Source of the DNA: Octopus bimaculoides
Lineage: Eukaryota
Assembly: GCF_001194135.2 (NCBI RefSeq)
Contig: NC_068998.1
Span: 34,145,693-34,180,889, forward strand
Length of the DNA: 35,197 nt
Direction of reading: 5' to 3'
Numbering within the stretch: the stretch's first letter is position 1; the number at the start of each line of letters is the position of its first letter. Position numbers and translations under genes: made by a program. Shown here one piece after another: positions 11,346 through 22,959 of this stretch. Under the pieces are notes generated by a model that saw only the letters and a list, made by a program, of their open reading frames with translations, was not told the DNA's origin and did no database searches.

Positions 11346-11686
11346 TATATTGAAAATATTTANNNNNNNNNNNNNNNNNNNNNNNNNNNNNNNNNNNNNN
11401 NNNNNNNNNNNNNNNNNNNNNNNNNNNNNNNNNNNNNNNNNNNNNNNNNNNNNNNNNNNNNNNNNNNNNNNNNNNNNNNNNNNNNNNNNNNNNNNNNNNN
11501 NNNNNNNNNNNNNNNNNNNNNNNNNNNNNNNNNNNNNNNNNNNNNNNNNNNNNNNNNNNNNNNNNNNNNNNNNNNNNNNNNNNNNNNNNNNNNNNNNNNN
11601 NNNNNNNNNNNNNNNNNNNNNNNNNNNNNNNNNNNNNNNNNNNNNNNNNNNNNNNNNNNNNNNNNNNNNNNNNNNNNNNNNNNNNN

Positions 11687-11718
<32 letters not shown>

Positions 11719-11760
11719 CTTCACAAATATTTTCTCCTGAATTATTTGCTCCGTATATAT

Positions 11761-11798
<38 letters not shown>

Positions 11799-11860
11799 TA
11801 TGTATATAATATATATATATATATATACATGCACAGACATATATATACATGTATCTATAC
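11223..11860. repeat. (CA)n/(TA)n microsatellite complex around a gap
   Basis: Directly visible. Confidence 0.9.
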
Positions 11861-12239
11861 CATACTTCATTTGAAATACTTATCAGCCAATTGTCTTATA
11901 AATGATATAAATAATATATTACAGTATCTCTAATAGATTATGTCTTCAATTTTCTTTCCATAGTTTATCAGTCAATTTTCTTACTAGTAATTTAAATTTT
12001 ATGTCTTCCATTTTTTCCTTACTTACAGTAATAGATGCATTAACAGAATAAAAATAATATTATAGATTGATAAATATGAAATGTTTGTTTCAGCAGATAG
12101 CAATTAAATGCACTAAAGTACATATGTTGAGTGATTACATTAAAAAATATAGTGCAATAAAAGCTACACTCTTTGCCATTCTCATCCCCATTAACCAATA
12201 TACCTGACAATGACACCACTGCCACTTTAACAGCTATAA

Positions 12240-14100
12240 CAGTTCTCCATAGAAAAGAAATGGAAAAAAAAAACCAAGGTGACTGAAATTATAAAAATGA
12301 ATTCTATAGCTTTCAACAAATTTGCGAAAGAATCTGCTCCACAACAAAATTGCGTCTGACGAAAACAACTCACTAAGTGCAGAGCCTGTGAGAATAAGTG
12401 AAATACTAAATAAAGAACTCAAACATGTTTCCACTTCATCACTGGGAGATATGTAAACAAGCAAGCCTGCAGATCAAGACAAAAAAGTGGCAACCATTGA
12501 TTACATCAACATAAACAGCCATTGTTGAGATGAAGTCAAACTCAGCGATGACCACAAATGGATGATTGCCAGCTATTCTCTTAAAGGCTGGCAAGAAAGC
12601 TCTCACAAAACCACTGCAGATACTCTTTCAGAGTTTCCTTCCATGTAGCAAACTCACCAAAATCTCAAAAGAATGTATAGTATGTCCAATCCAAAGAGGA
12701 GGAATAAGCACAAATATTATGAATTACAGGCTTATCACTTCAAATGTACATGTTAGCAAAGTCATGGAATGCTTAGTCAGAAAGAGGCTAAACACATTCT
12801 CAGAAGATTTCTTGCCCACAAACACACAACATGGCTTCCATCCAAGGAGGATTTGCTGTCACAGTTACCCCAATGTTTTGAGTGGGTATTGAAACAACAG
12901 CTCAACCACTCAAATGTGGGTGTGACATATCTTGACCAAGACCTTCAACAAAGTTAATCATAGGATGATATGTCACAACCAGCATGGAGTTGGTATTGCT
13001 TGAAAACTAGGATAGTGGCTGCATGACATTTTTAAAAGGTAGAAGTCAGACAGTTCCAGCCAGTGGTGCTCTCTGTAAGGGGAGTGGGACATCAGTTTCC
13101 TGCAGAGCCCTTCAGAGAACTGTACTGGGACCACTACTGTTTGTAGTGGCTCTCTCCGACATGCCTCAGCCATACAGTCAGCAACTCTCACTAGCTAAGA
13201 TGATGATACAAAGCAGTCAGGAACTAAACATCCTAAAACTGCAGAAAGACCTTAATGCTATATACAAATGGGTGGATGAAAATAGCATGCAGTTCAATGC
13301 TGGAAATACTCAAACCCTCTATTAGCCCACAAATAGATTGCAATCTGGCTTCACTGGATCAGCAGGTAGTGAATCCCAGAGTCATTCCATGTGCTTATTA
13401 CTAAGATGGCAACGCTGTGCAGGTAAGGGGCTGGTTGGATTCTGGGATAATTCAGAACCAGGAAAGAGGATCCTGTGCTATTCTTACATTTTTTTCACAG
13501 ATACTTAGATAACTGCTCCCAATTGTGGTTGTTACAAAGTGTCCAACTAACAGTAGAATTCAAGGCAATCCAATGCCACTACTGAAAGAAAATTTACTCT
13601 ATGCAACAGATGAGTTGTTGGGAGAGACTAAAAGAACTGAGACTCTACTTCCTAGAGAAAAGACATGAATGATATTAAGTGATATAAACATGGAGATCCT
13701 GGAAGGTGCCACTTCCAACTTTGGGGTTGAAAGTTATATCAACCACCAAACAGGATGCCACTACATTGTACCAAAGATCTTGTCTTTGCCATCTAGAGAA
13801 TGGACACAATACTGTAACAGTTTAGGTTTCAAAGGCCCATAACTTTTCAACACTCTGCCAAACAACCTCAGAGATCTGAAAGGTGTAGATGCAGATGTTT
13901 TCAAAGATTATATGGACAAATTATTATCTGATGTCCCAGATAAACCCACATTATAGTAGGAAATATGAAGGAGAGCAACTATGTCCTACTCACTACTCCA
14001 CCAGAAACAATTCTGGAAAGAAAGAGCTGAGGTGAGCATGAAATGAAAAGTAATCACAGCATGACCACAACCTTAGGCTAAACCAGTAAAAGTAAAAAGT
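12240..14100 (+). mobile_element. Degenerate, 5'-truncated CR1-clade LINE (RT and 3' end)
   Basis: PAILLKAGKKALTKPLQILFQ..NYRLIT..SKVMECLVRK..TQHGFHPRR; FLKGRSQTV..QRTVLGPLLFVVALSDMP; LQKDLNAIYKWVDENSMQFN; LGFKGP*LFNTLPNNLRDLKGVDADVFKDYMDKLLSDVPDKP. Many stops and frameshifts. Confidence 0.85.
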
Positions 14101-14109
14101 GAACAATAT

Positions 14110-14274
14110 AGGCATAGGAGTGGCTGTGTGATAAGTAGCTTGCTTATGAACCACATGGTTCCAGGTTCAGTCCCACTGCATGGCACCTTGGGCAAGTGTC
14201 TTCTACTATAGCCTTGGGCCGACCAAAGCCTTGTGAGTGGATTTGGTAGACGGAAACTGAAAGAAGCCCGTCGT
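14110..14274 (+). mobile_element. SINE family A 5' half, followed by (TA)n and a gap
   Basis: ggcataggagtggctgtgtgataagtagcttgct..ggttcagtcccactg..ccttgggcaagtgtcttctactatagcc..aagaagcccgtcg. Confidence 0.88.
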
Positions 14275-14283
14275 AGTCGTATG

Positions 14284-14316
<33 letters not shown>

Positions 14317-14755
14317 NNNNNNNNNNNNNNNNNNNNNNNNNNNNNNNNNNNNNNNNNNNNNNNNNNNNNNNNNNNNNNNNNNNNNNNNNNNNNNNNNNNN
14401 NNNNNNNNNNNNNNNNNNNNNNNNNNNNNNNNNNNNNNNNNNNNNNNNNNNNNNNNNNNNNNNNNNNNNNNNNNNNNNNNNNNNNNNNNNNNNNNNNNNN
14501 NNNNNNNNNNNNNNNNNNNNNNNNNNNNNNNNNNNNNNNNNNNNNNNNNNNNNNNNNNNNNNNNNNNNNNNNNNNNNNNNNNNNNNNNNNNNNNNNNNNN
14601 NNNNNNNNNNNNNNNNNNNNNNNNNNNNNNNNNNNNNNNNNNNNNNNNNNNNNNNNNNNNNNNNNNNNNNNNNNNNNNNNNNNNNNNNNNNNNNNNNNNN
14701 NNNNNNNNNNNNNNNNNNNNNNNNNNNNNNNNNNNNNNNNNNNNNNNNNNNNNNN

Positions 14756-15919
14756 TGGAGAAAAGGCTGCCAAGACATTTGTGAAGTTTATGGGGATGAC
14801 GCTGTAGGTGAATCAACTGTTCGAAGGTGGTTTGCAAAATGTGAAGCTGGAGAGTTTAGTCTGGAATATTGCAGTGGAAGACCTTCAAAATTGGATGAAA
14901 ATGTTTTGAAGTCAAAATCGAAGAAAACTCAAATATCATGACTAGAGAACTTGCAGAGGACTTGGAAGTTTAGCACATCAGGCGAAATGCTTAGTGGTAT
15001 ATCATCGTCTGTCTTTATGTTCTGAGTTAAAATTTTGCCTTTCATCCTTTCAGGGTCTATAAGTTAAGTACCAGGACTGGCTCCCTCCCTATCAAATTTC
15101 AAGTCTTGTGTCTAGAGTAAAAAAAAAAAAAGTATGGCTCATGAACACCTAGTAAAGCTATCATGTATGGGTCTCTCACAAGCTCTCAGAAAAGAATTGC
15201 TTGAACAGGTATTCTGTTTGTGATATGCTTTTGAAATGGAATGAAAACATGCCTTTTTTGAAACAACTTGTAACTGGAGATGAAAAATGAATTGTGTACG
15301 AAAACATAGTGCAAAAAGATCCTGGAATTTGCGTAAGGATACCCCAAAACAGCAACCAAAGACGAATATTCATGCCAAAAACGATATTCTTTGTATTTGG
15401 TGGGATCATAAAGGCATTATTTATTATGAGCTTCTGCCACAATACCAGACCATTAATTCTGATATGTACTGTCATCAGCTGGCTAATTTGAACAAAAAAA
15501 TCAAAGAATTGAGGCCGGAGATTGCCAACAGGAAAGGGGTAGTGTTTAAACAAGACAAAGCCTGACCACATATCTTTGGCTACCTAATCAAAGTTACATG
15601 AACATGGCTGAAATCTCTTACCCCATCCACCATATTCTCATGGTATTGCACCATCCGACAACCACTTGCAAGGGAAAAACTCATTGCAAGGAAAAATGTT
15701 TAATGATTTAGATGGAGTCAAAATGCATCTAGATCATTTTTTTTTTCTTCAAAACCAGTCAAATTTTATGCTGATAGAATATTTTAATTGCCTGATAGAT
15801 GGGCAAAGGTTATTAATAATAATGGAAATTATTACATTGAATAAAATTTATTGAAAGGTCAATTATTTATATCCCTTTTTGCATATTAAAATATGTTCAG
15901 AACATTTTAGACAATCTAA
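14756..15919 (+). mobile_element. mariner (DD34D) transposase pseudogene; left end hidden in the gap; interrupted by SINE B
   Basis: DICEVYGDDAVGESTVRRWFAK..SGRPSKLD; VWVSHKLSEKN..LVTGDEK*IVYEN; WWDHKGIIYYELLP..VFKQDKA*PH; HPPYSHGIAPSDNH (YSPDLAPSD-type motif). TIR-like end at about 15895-15919. Confidence 0.88.
14970..15132 (+). mobile_element. Truncated SINE family B inserted into the mariner transposase
   Basis: tagcacatcaggcgaaatgcttagtggtat..ttgcctttcatcctttcagggtctataagttaagtaccag..A-tail. The mariner reading resumes afterwards (AHEHLVKL). Confidence 0.8.
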
Positions 15920-15929
15920 TCTAAACCCT

Positions 15930-16231
15930 AATGCTCAACTGGTACTTATTGTATCAACTCCAAAACGATGGAAGGTAAAGTAAACCTTTGTGGAATTTGA
16001 ACTCAGAACATAAAGAGCCAGAAGAAGTGCTGATAAAGGTTTCTTTTGAGATTCTCTAATACCACTTTGCTGCTTTTGTGAGCCTGATAAACTAAAGTGA
16101 CAGTCAAATGTTGGGATTCATATAATTTGAATGCAGAATGTCAGCAGAATTTGAACAGAATTTTTAAAGATAGACAAAATGCTACTGCGCATTTTTCTCA
16201 GTGTGCTAAAGATTCTGTCAGCTCACTGCCT
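15930..16231 (-). mobile_element. Two degenerate SINE family B fragments (about 15930-16075 and 16140-16231)
   Basis: ctggtactta..ggaatttgaactcagaacataaag, and gaatttgaacagaa..gtgtgctaaagattctgtcagctcactgcct abutting (TAA)n. Confidence 0.7.
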
Positions 16232-16285
16232 TAATAATAATAATAAAGATGATGAAGATGATGATGATGATAATAATAATGATAA

Positions 16286-16480
16286 TCCTTTCTACTATAG
16301 AGACAAGGCCTGAAATTTGGTTGGAGGGGAACTAGTTGATTACATCAACCCCAATGTTTCACTGGTACATAATTTATCAACCCCAAAAAGATGACAGAAT
16401 TTGAACTCAGAACATAGCGATGGATAAAATACTGCTAAGCATTTCATCCAGTGTGCTAACAATTCTGCCAGCACATCACC

Positions 16481-16481
<1 letters not shown>
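16286..16481 (-). mobile_element. Near-complete SINE family B flanked by AAT/GAT repeats on both sides
   Basis: tcctttctactatagagacaaggcctgaaatt..gaatttgaactcagaac..gtgctaacaattctgccagcacatcacct followed by (TAA)n. Confidence 0.85.
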
Positions 16482-16516
<35 letters not shown>

Positions 16517-16522
16517 TTGATG

Positions 16523-16561
<39 letters not shown>

Positions 16562-16630
16562 TTGATGATAATAATAATAATGATAATAATAATAATAATG
16601 ATAATAATATTAATAATAATAATAATAATA
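16482..16630. repeat. Compound (AAT)n microsatellite
   Basis: Directly visible. Confidence 0.95.
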
Positions 16631-18098
16631 AAACTAATACAAATAGCCACAAAACACGAGCAAAACAAGAAACTGTTTTCAGTATTTAAGGAAGCTGATA
16701 AATACAAACAAGAAATCATACTACCTAACAAATACGAAGAAGAAGAAGAAGAAACAACAAAAGCTATAAAACAAATGAAGTCCAAACTAAAACTAGAACA
16801 GCAANNNNNNNNNNNNNNNNNNNNNNNNNNNNNNNNNNNNNNNNNNNNNNNNNNNNNNNNNNNNNNNNNNNNNNNNNNNNNNNNNNNNNNNNNNNNNNNN
16901 NNNNNNNNNNNNNNNNNNNNNNNNNNNNNNNNNNNNNNNNNNNNNNNNNNNNNNNNNNNNNNNNNNNNNNNNNNNNNNNNNNNNNNNNNNNNNNNNNNNN
17001 NNNNNNNNNNNNNNNNNNNNNNNNNNNNNNNNNNNNNNNNNNNNNNNNNNNNNNNNNNNNNNNNNNNNNNNNNNNNNNNNNNNNNNNNNNNNNNNNNNNN
17101 NNNNNNNNNNNNNNNNNNNNNNNNNNNNNNNNNNNNNNNNNNNNNNNNNNNNNNNNNNNNNNNNNNNNNNNNNNNNNNNNNNNNNNNNNNNNNNNNNNNN
17201 NNNNNNNNNNNNNNNNNNNNNNNNNNNNNNNNNNNNNNNNNNNNNNNNNNNNNNNNNNNNNNNNNNNNNNNNNNNNNNNNNNNNNNNNNNNNNNNNNNNN
17301 NNNNNNNNNNNNNNNNNNNNNNNNNNNNNNNNNNNNNNNNNNNNNNNNNNNNNNNNNNNNNNNNNNNNNNNNNNNNNNNNNNNNNNNNNNNNNNNNNNNN
17401 NNNNNNNNNNNNNNNNNNNNNNNNNNNNNGTAGAATATGTGGAGATGGACAAGAAACAATAAATCATATTATCTCTGGCTGCCCAGTCCTGGCTAAGAAG
17501 GAATATATTCACAGACACGACATAGCTGGGTCCTATATACACTGGAAGCTATGCCAACACTATGGAATAACAACAGAAAAAAGATGGTATAAACACATGC
17601 CAGAAAAGGTCACAGAAAATGAGAAAGCAACCATACTCTGGGATATGCTAATACACACAGATAGAGAAATTAAGGCAAATAGACCAGATATAGTTGTCAA
17701 AGATCATGAAGAAAAATAATGCTTTCTAATTGATGTATCAATACCAAGAGATGAAAACGTTTCTCTAAAAGAAATGGAACAACTTTCAAAATACAAAGAC
17801 CTGGAAATAGAGGTAACTTGAATGTGGAATCTAAAAACAGAAACAATTCCTATCATAGTAGGTGCCTTAGGTATAATAAAAAAATATTCAGACAAATACA
17901 TAACAAAAACACCAGGACTTACAAATATATATAACATACAGAAAATTGCACTACTGGGTACTGCACACATTCTACGCAAAACACTTTCAATACAGTAAAC
18001 ATAAGAGCACCACAGCAAACCACAGCACATACCCAAGGTGCACAGAGCTGCGCTCGGTAGTGAAGTGAAAGCACGTTATAAAAATAAAACTACTGAAC
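16631..18098 (+). mobile_element. 5'-truncated R4/Dong-like non-LTR retrotransposon (CCHC plus RLE) embedded in (AAT)n
   Basis: KLIQIATKHEQNKKLFSVFKEADKY..KLEQQ [gap] RICGDGQETINHIISGCP (CCHC) ..NRPDIVVKDHEEK*CFLIDVSIPRDENVSLKEMEQLSKYKDL..VGALG..LGTAHILRKTLSIQ*. After the gap there are two premature stops (17717, 17819), a terminal stop at 17996-17998 and no frameshift. A 100-bp 3' UTR ends in (AAT)n. Confidence 0.9.
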
Positions 18099-18148
<50 letters not shown>

Positions 18149-18178
18149 TAATAATTTTGATGATGCAGAGGAGCATAC

Positions 18179-18220
<42 letters not shown>

Positions 18221-18224
18221 CATT
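18099..18224. repeat. (AAT)n, a ~27-nt spacer, then (TTA)n: inverted microsatellite pair
   Basis: 18099-18153 and 18181-18224 are reverse complements of the same trinucleotide. Confidence 0.9.
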
Positions 18225-19190
18225 ACAAATTTTAATCTTATTATTAACAAATACCTAGCAGTTTTCGTTCCAATTCTTTGCATTTGGAGTTTAAAATCCC
18301 ACTGTGATGATTTGCCCATGCTCTTACCAAAATAGTTGTGTATCACTCAAGTCATACCAACTGCTAACAGAATTATTGGCTGATACCTTAACTGCCACAG
18401 TGCTTTTAGTTCGATAACTAGTTTAGGTAACTCTTTAGCTTTTCAGTTTGCTTTTGCACAATCAACATCTTCCCCGCCATCATCATCATCTTTAAGAACA
18501 ACAGCAGCAGCAACAGCAACAACAACAACAACAATAACAGCAATGAGAACAAAAAATCTTATTAAATATATTCCAGCCATGGAAAAGAAAATTTTGACAA
18601 AAAAAGGAAAAATAAATGAAGATATAAAAAACAAGGTTACCAAAAAATTCAAAGAGTCTCTTTGTGTGAGATTATCTTCTGCTAAACTTATTTTTCCGAG
18701 AACATAGAAGGAAAATGAAGTCAAGCATTCACATGATGTATTAATAAGATAAGGGCAATGTTGTATCATTTCTTACCAATATTTCTTTTCTTTTCTTCTT
18801 TCAAACACAATTGATTTAAGCATTCTTTATAACATACAGTCTATTTCTCACCAGTCTACCAATAACTGGCACTATTATTATATTCAAGGGATACCATCTT
18901 GCTACAATTTATAAACTCAACTAGCTATCTCTTGGCAATTTCTGGTTCCACATGACATTGGTGAGAATTTTTTTCTCTTGAAAGATTAAATGGGTAGAAT
19001 TAAAGTTGGTTAAATGAGAAAATATCACAACACATTGTCGTCTGTGTGTATGAAATACATTAATTTGTTATAGAATTAAAAAAAAAATTTTCCTATCTTA
19101 GAATGCCATCATACTTAAACACAAACATGTACAAACATATATGTATGTACATGTGTGTGTATGCATGCGTGTGTACACACACACACACAC

Positions 19191-19564
19191 ATTCTTCTAT
19201 TCTCTTACTTATTTCAGTCCTTAGACTGCAGCTACGTAAGAAACAAGTAAGAAGTGAACAATTTTAGTGAAACAAATCAACCCTATTACTTATTTTTTAA
19301 GCCTGGTACTTACTTTATTGGTCTCTTTTGCTGAACTACTAAGTTACAGGGATGTAAATACATCAACAGAATGTCAAATATTGTAAGACACACACACACC
19401 CATGTACATACATACATATATGATGGCGTCTTTCCGTTTCCCTCCACCAAATTCACGCACAAGGCTTCGGTCAGTCTGAAACTTGCCCAAGGTACCATGC
19501 AATGGGACTGGACCTGGAATCATGAATTTGGGAAGCAAACTTCTTATCACACAGCCATGTGTAC
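19191..19564 (-). mobile_element. Degenerate near full-length SINE family A
   Basis: Reverse-complement 3' domain (..aagcctggtacttactttattggtctcttttgctgaac..), internal CA/TA tract, and head (..gggaagcaaacttcttatcacacagcc). Confidence 0.75.
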
Positions 19565-20049
19565 TCCCATGTTGATTCACCAAGGAGGGCACCAGTATAG
19601 TCACAGTCTAACAACTGAAACAAGTAGAAAAAAGATTATATGCCAAAATGACGTTATTATTTTAAGGCAAGCTTTTTACACTCCAATACCTTTCTCTCTC
19701 TATCACCCTCATCTCCCCATTCCTACTTTCAAATTATCTTCACTGACCACTAAATGGTGCNNNNNNNNNNTTGCATTGGGGATCTGGATTGGAGTAACTT
19801 AGGAAAACTTACCAACAGCCTTAACCAAAAAATAAGGGGCTTGTCCTATCTAGGTTAACTCTATGAGCAACTTAGCCAATCACTGATATCAGCCGAGTGA
19901 GCATTGTTGTTGGAGAAGTCAGCATTGTCCAATAAAAAAGAGGAAGAGTCCATAAGTCATGTTGTCATGGTTTGACAATATATCCGGTCAATGATTCTGG
20001 ATCACTGTTTATAACCACATCGGCTGCAATGACAACTTGTCTATATGCA

Positions 20050-20300
20050 GGTAGCATGTAAAAACACCCTTTGAGTGTGGTCATTGCCTGAACCACCTGA
20101 GTGGCCCTCATGCTGGTGGCACATAAAAAGCACCCACTACACTCTCGGAGTGGTTGGCATTAGGAAGGGCATCCAGCTGTAGAAACTTTGCCAGATCAGA
20201 TTGAGCCTGGTGCAGCCTCTGGCTCACCAGTCCTCAGTCAAACCGTCCAGCCTATGCCAGCATGGAAACCAGATGTTAAATGATGATGATGATGATGATA
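20050..20300 (+). mobile_element. Short retroelement family C (RTE-like 3' tail) with (GAT)n tail
   Basis: ..gagtggttggcattaggaagggcatccagctgtagaaactttgccagatcagatt..gccagcatggaaaccagatgttaaatgatgatgat. Same family as 25502-25788 in the opposite orientation. Confidence 0.75.
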
Positions 20301-20323
20301 TCACAACTATATATGTGATATAA

Positions 20324-20585
20324 TAGTGTCAGTATTAATTTTTTTACTAGGTATATATTACATATTGAAAGTATTAATAGTTCAAGTATTAAACTGAAAG
20401 TATTATTTCACATTACAATAGACATGTTATTGTTTCACTTTTGACACGTAATACTGAAATAGTATAAGAGATAAGAGATTGCTCCAGACTTGCATTAGGC
20501 AAGAAGTTGAAAATCGTTTTGGCCCATGACATTGCATGGAGCCTAAGTAAGGCATGATTAAAATTTGAATGAAATCAGTTTGGTA
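20324..20585 (+). repeat. 262-bp perfect direct repeat, copy 1
   Basis: Identical by manual comparison to 22960-23221 (offset 2636). Confidence 0.95.
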
Positions 20586-20658
20586 GTTCTCGAGTTTTAG
20601 TGATGCATACATACAGACAGACAGATTCTCAGTTTTATATATATATATAGATTCTCAG

Positions 20659-20699
<41 letters not shown>

Positions 20700-20701
20700 G
20701 A
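20347..20701 (-). mobile_element. Non-autonomous Helitron-like element
   Basis: On the minus strand: A|TC at the 5' end (20701; duplicated terminus at 20651) and CTAG|T at the 3' end (20347), no TSD, with an internal (GTCT)/(GTAT) microsatellite near the 5' end. These are Helitron hallmarks. Confidence 0.65.
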
Positions 20702-21385
20702 TAAGATTTACATTATGCAAAAATCATTTTAAAATCACAAAATCTATTTTACACACTTCTAATTATTTCTTCATGACATCATATACTGCATTAATGCAAT
20801 ATGTGTCACTGCACTTCTGTGATATGTTCACTGACACAGCTCTGCTTAATTTACAGAAAATCAGTTACTGCCTTTCATTTATAAACCTTAGGAGATTCTT
20901 TTTATTTTAAAAAATTTCATTATTAGATTCCTATTGAATGATAGACATAGTAAATGTCTATTTGAAGTCAGTTTTATTTATAAAGTAATTATTCTATATT
21001 ATGGCAAGCTGTCAACCATTCATAGATGTCAGGCCAAAAAGTGGAAGATAATTGATTTAAGAAAGTCCTGGAAATGAATGTGTTACATCAAGCTTGACAT
21101 TTAAAGAGATTAAGACCTTGAGTGACTTAATTTTTGTATTTACTTTGCAAGATTCTTTATGTGAATTGGCATGTTGAAACAAATTTTGTTGTGTCTTAGG
21201 AGATTCATTACACCAATATTAGTAATACATGCACCAGTTCTATTCCTCTCCTTTATTATTAGTTAATTTGCTGAATATCTAATATCGTGACGGCCTCCAT
21301 AGTGTAGCGGGAAGGATAGTCCCTGGAAAGGTTGTGGATGACAACAAAAGAACCTTGACAAAAGGAAAAAAAAAATTAACAATTA

Positions 21386-21796
21386 GGTGCAGGAGTGGCT
21401 GTGTGGTAAGTAGCTTGCTTACCAATCACATGGTTCTGGGTTCAGTCCCACTGCGTGGCACCTTGGGGGGGTCTTCTACTATAGCCTCGGGCTGACCAAA
21501 GCCTTGTGAGTGGATTTGGTAGACGGAAACTGAAAGAATCCCGTTGTGTATATGTATATGTATATATATATATGTGTGTGTTTGTGTGTCTGTGTTTGTC
21601 CCCCCAACATTGCTTGACAACCAACCGATGCTGGTGTATTTATGTCCCCATAACTTAGCAGTTCGGCAAAAGAGACCAATAGAATAAGTGCTGGGCTTAC
21701 AAAGAATAAGTCCTGGGGTCGATTTGCTCGACTAAAGACTGTGCTCCAGCATGGCCACAGTCAAATGACTGAAACAAGTAAAAGAGTAAAAGAGTA
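21386..21796 (+). mobile_element. Full-length SINE family A
   Basis: tRNA-like head (tggctgtgtggtaag; gggttcagtcccac), body, internal TA/TG tract, and 3' domain ending gtaaaagagtaaaagagta. Confidence 0.9.
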
Positions 21797-22959
21797 ATTA
21801 ACTGTTTAGCCAACAAGTTAAACAAATGATGGATTAGTTAGTTGAGTGGAATTGAACTAGTGCGTGCGCTATTAACATTGGTGTAATAACTCTCCCATGA
21901 CAGAACAAAGTCCTTCATAGACTTATTTGTTGAAAGAATTGCCATATGTGTCCCATCAATTGTACTTCATTGTTACACTAATATATCATATAAAGGGTTA
22001 AGAAGAATCATATGTGCACCTACTTCACTGTTGCATAGTGGGGAGTGCAAGGAATACTTGAGATGGTAAGAACAGTTACAATGAAAAGGAACCTTCACCT
22101 ATATTTTATCAGTGTGTTCTTACAGAAACACAAGGTTTCAGTCTACAGATTCAATCCAGTGTTCAATAAAATCAAAAATTTAAATCTAAGAATTTTTTAA
22201 CATTTTTCACAAATCATTTAAAAACCATTTATAAATGCCAAAAGCTACTGGGTAAAAATGCTATTTAAAACTACAGCTTTACAATATTAGTAAAGTAATA
22301 TTAGTAAAGTAAGCAACAGACAACTCAGAACTCTGGAAAACAATCGATTCAGTGACAAATGCTTTTGTAAAGCTAGAGCCTGTTGTTGCTAAGTATATTT
22401 TAAACAAACGACATCAAAGTCAGCTTAGCTTTGATAACTGTTTAACTATAATTCTTCCTTCAGATATGGAAAAAGATAAATATGAGCCACTGGGAAAATC
22501 TCTATGTATTGCATGACCCATTAGGAATAGCAACTAAATCTCTCTCAAATCACACCTTACTTATAATAGTGTTTAGATCAGTCTGTCACTTCAAAACCTT
22601 GTAGTAGTAACTCATGTATACTCTGGATGAACTTATAATGCCACTGAACCAACAGTGTGCAACTGGATGCCATATCTTAGGATATTTATGCTGTAGAAAC
22701 ATCTGTTGGACAGAGATTTAAAGTGAATGTATTATATATAATACTGTCATAAGCAAGCTTTTGATGATGTATAATTTTCTTTTCTTATTTTTAATCTCTT
22801 GAATGTACACTCTGCATACTGTATGAAACCCAAAGAAGCAAACTCAGGATTTACCCATTGGGTGGAAATATTGTGTAATTGTTTACACTAAACTATTTTC
22901 TGTAGTTGCATATCATTTCATGTGGTTAGCCAAAACCTGGATTATACTGGAGTATAATT

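Noticed and set aside
18443-18769. 108-aa hydrophobic minus-strand ORF
   Set aside because: It is partly a CAA/CAG/CAT repeat and T-rich sequence, with no domain motif or splice support.
19870-19960. Possible APE endonuclease remnant (SIVVGEV, resembling VVGDFN)
   Set aside because: Too short and degenerate to support.
21285-21375. Box-A-like TAGTGTAGCGG followed by an A-rich tail
   Set aside because: No box B and no cloverleaf. Not a tRNA gene; at most a tiny retroposed fragment.
22039-22065. 27-nt candidate micro-exon (ttgcatag / GTAAGA)
   Set aside because: Splice-like signals this short arise by chance, and there is no partner exon or homology.
22313-22516. 67-codon stop-free frame (ATDNSELWKTIDSVTNAFVKLEPVVAKYIL..)
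   Set aside because: No start, no good splice acceptor and no recognisable family. Many frames of this length are expected by chance in 35 kb across six frames.
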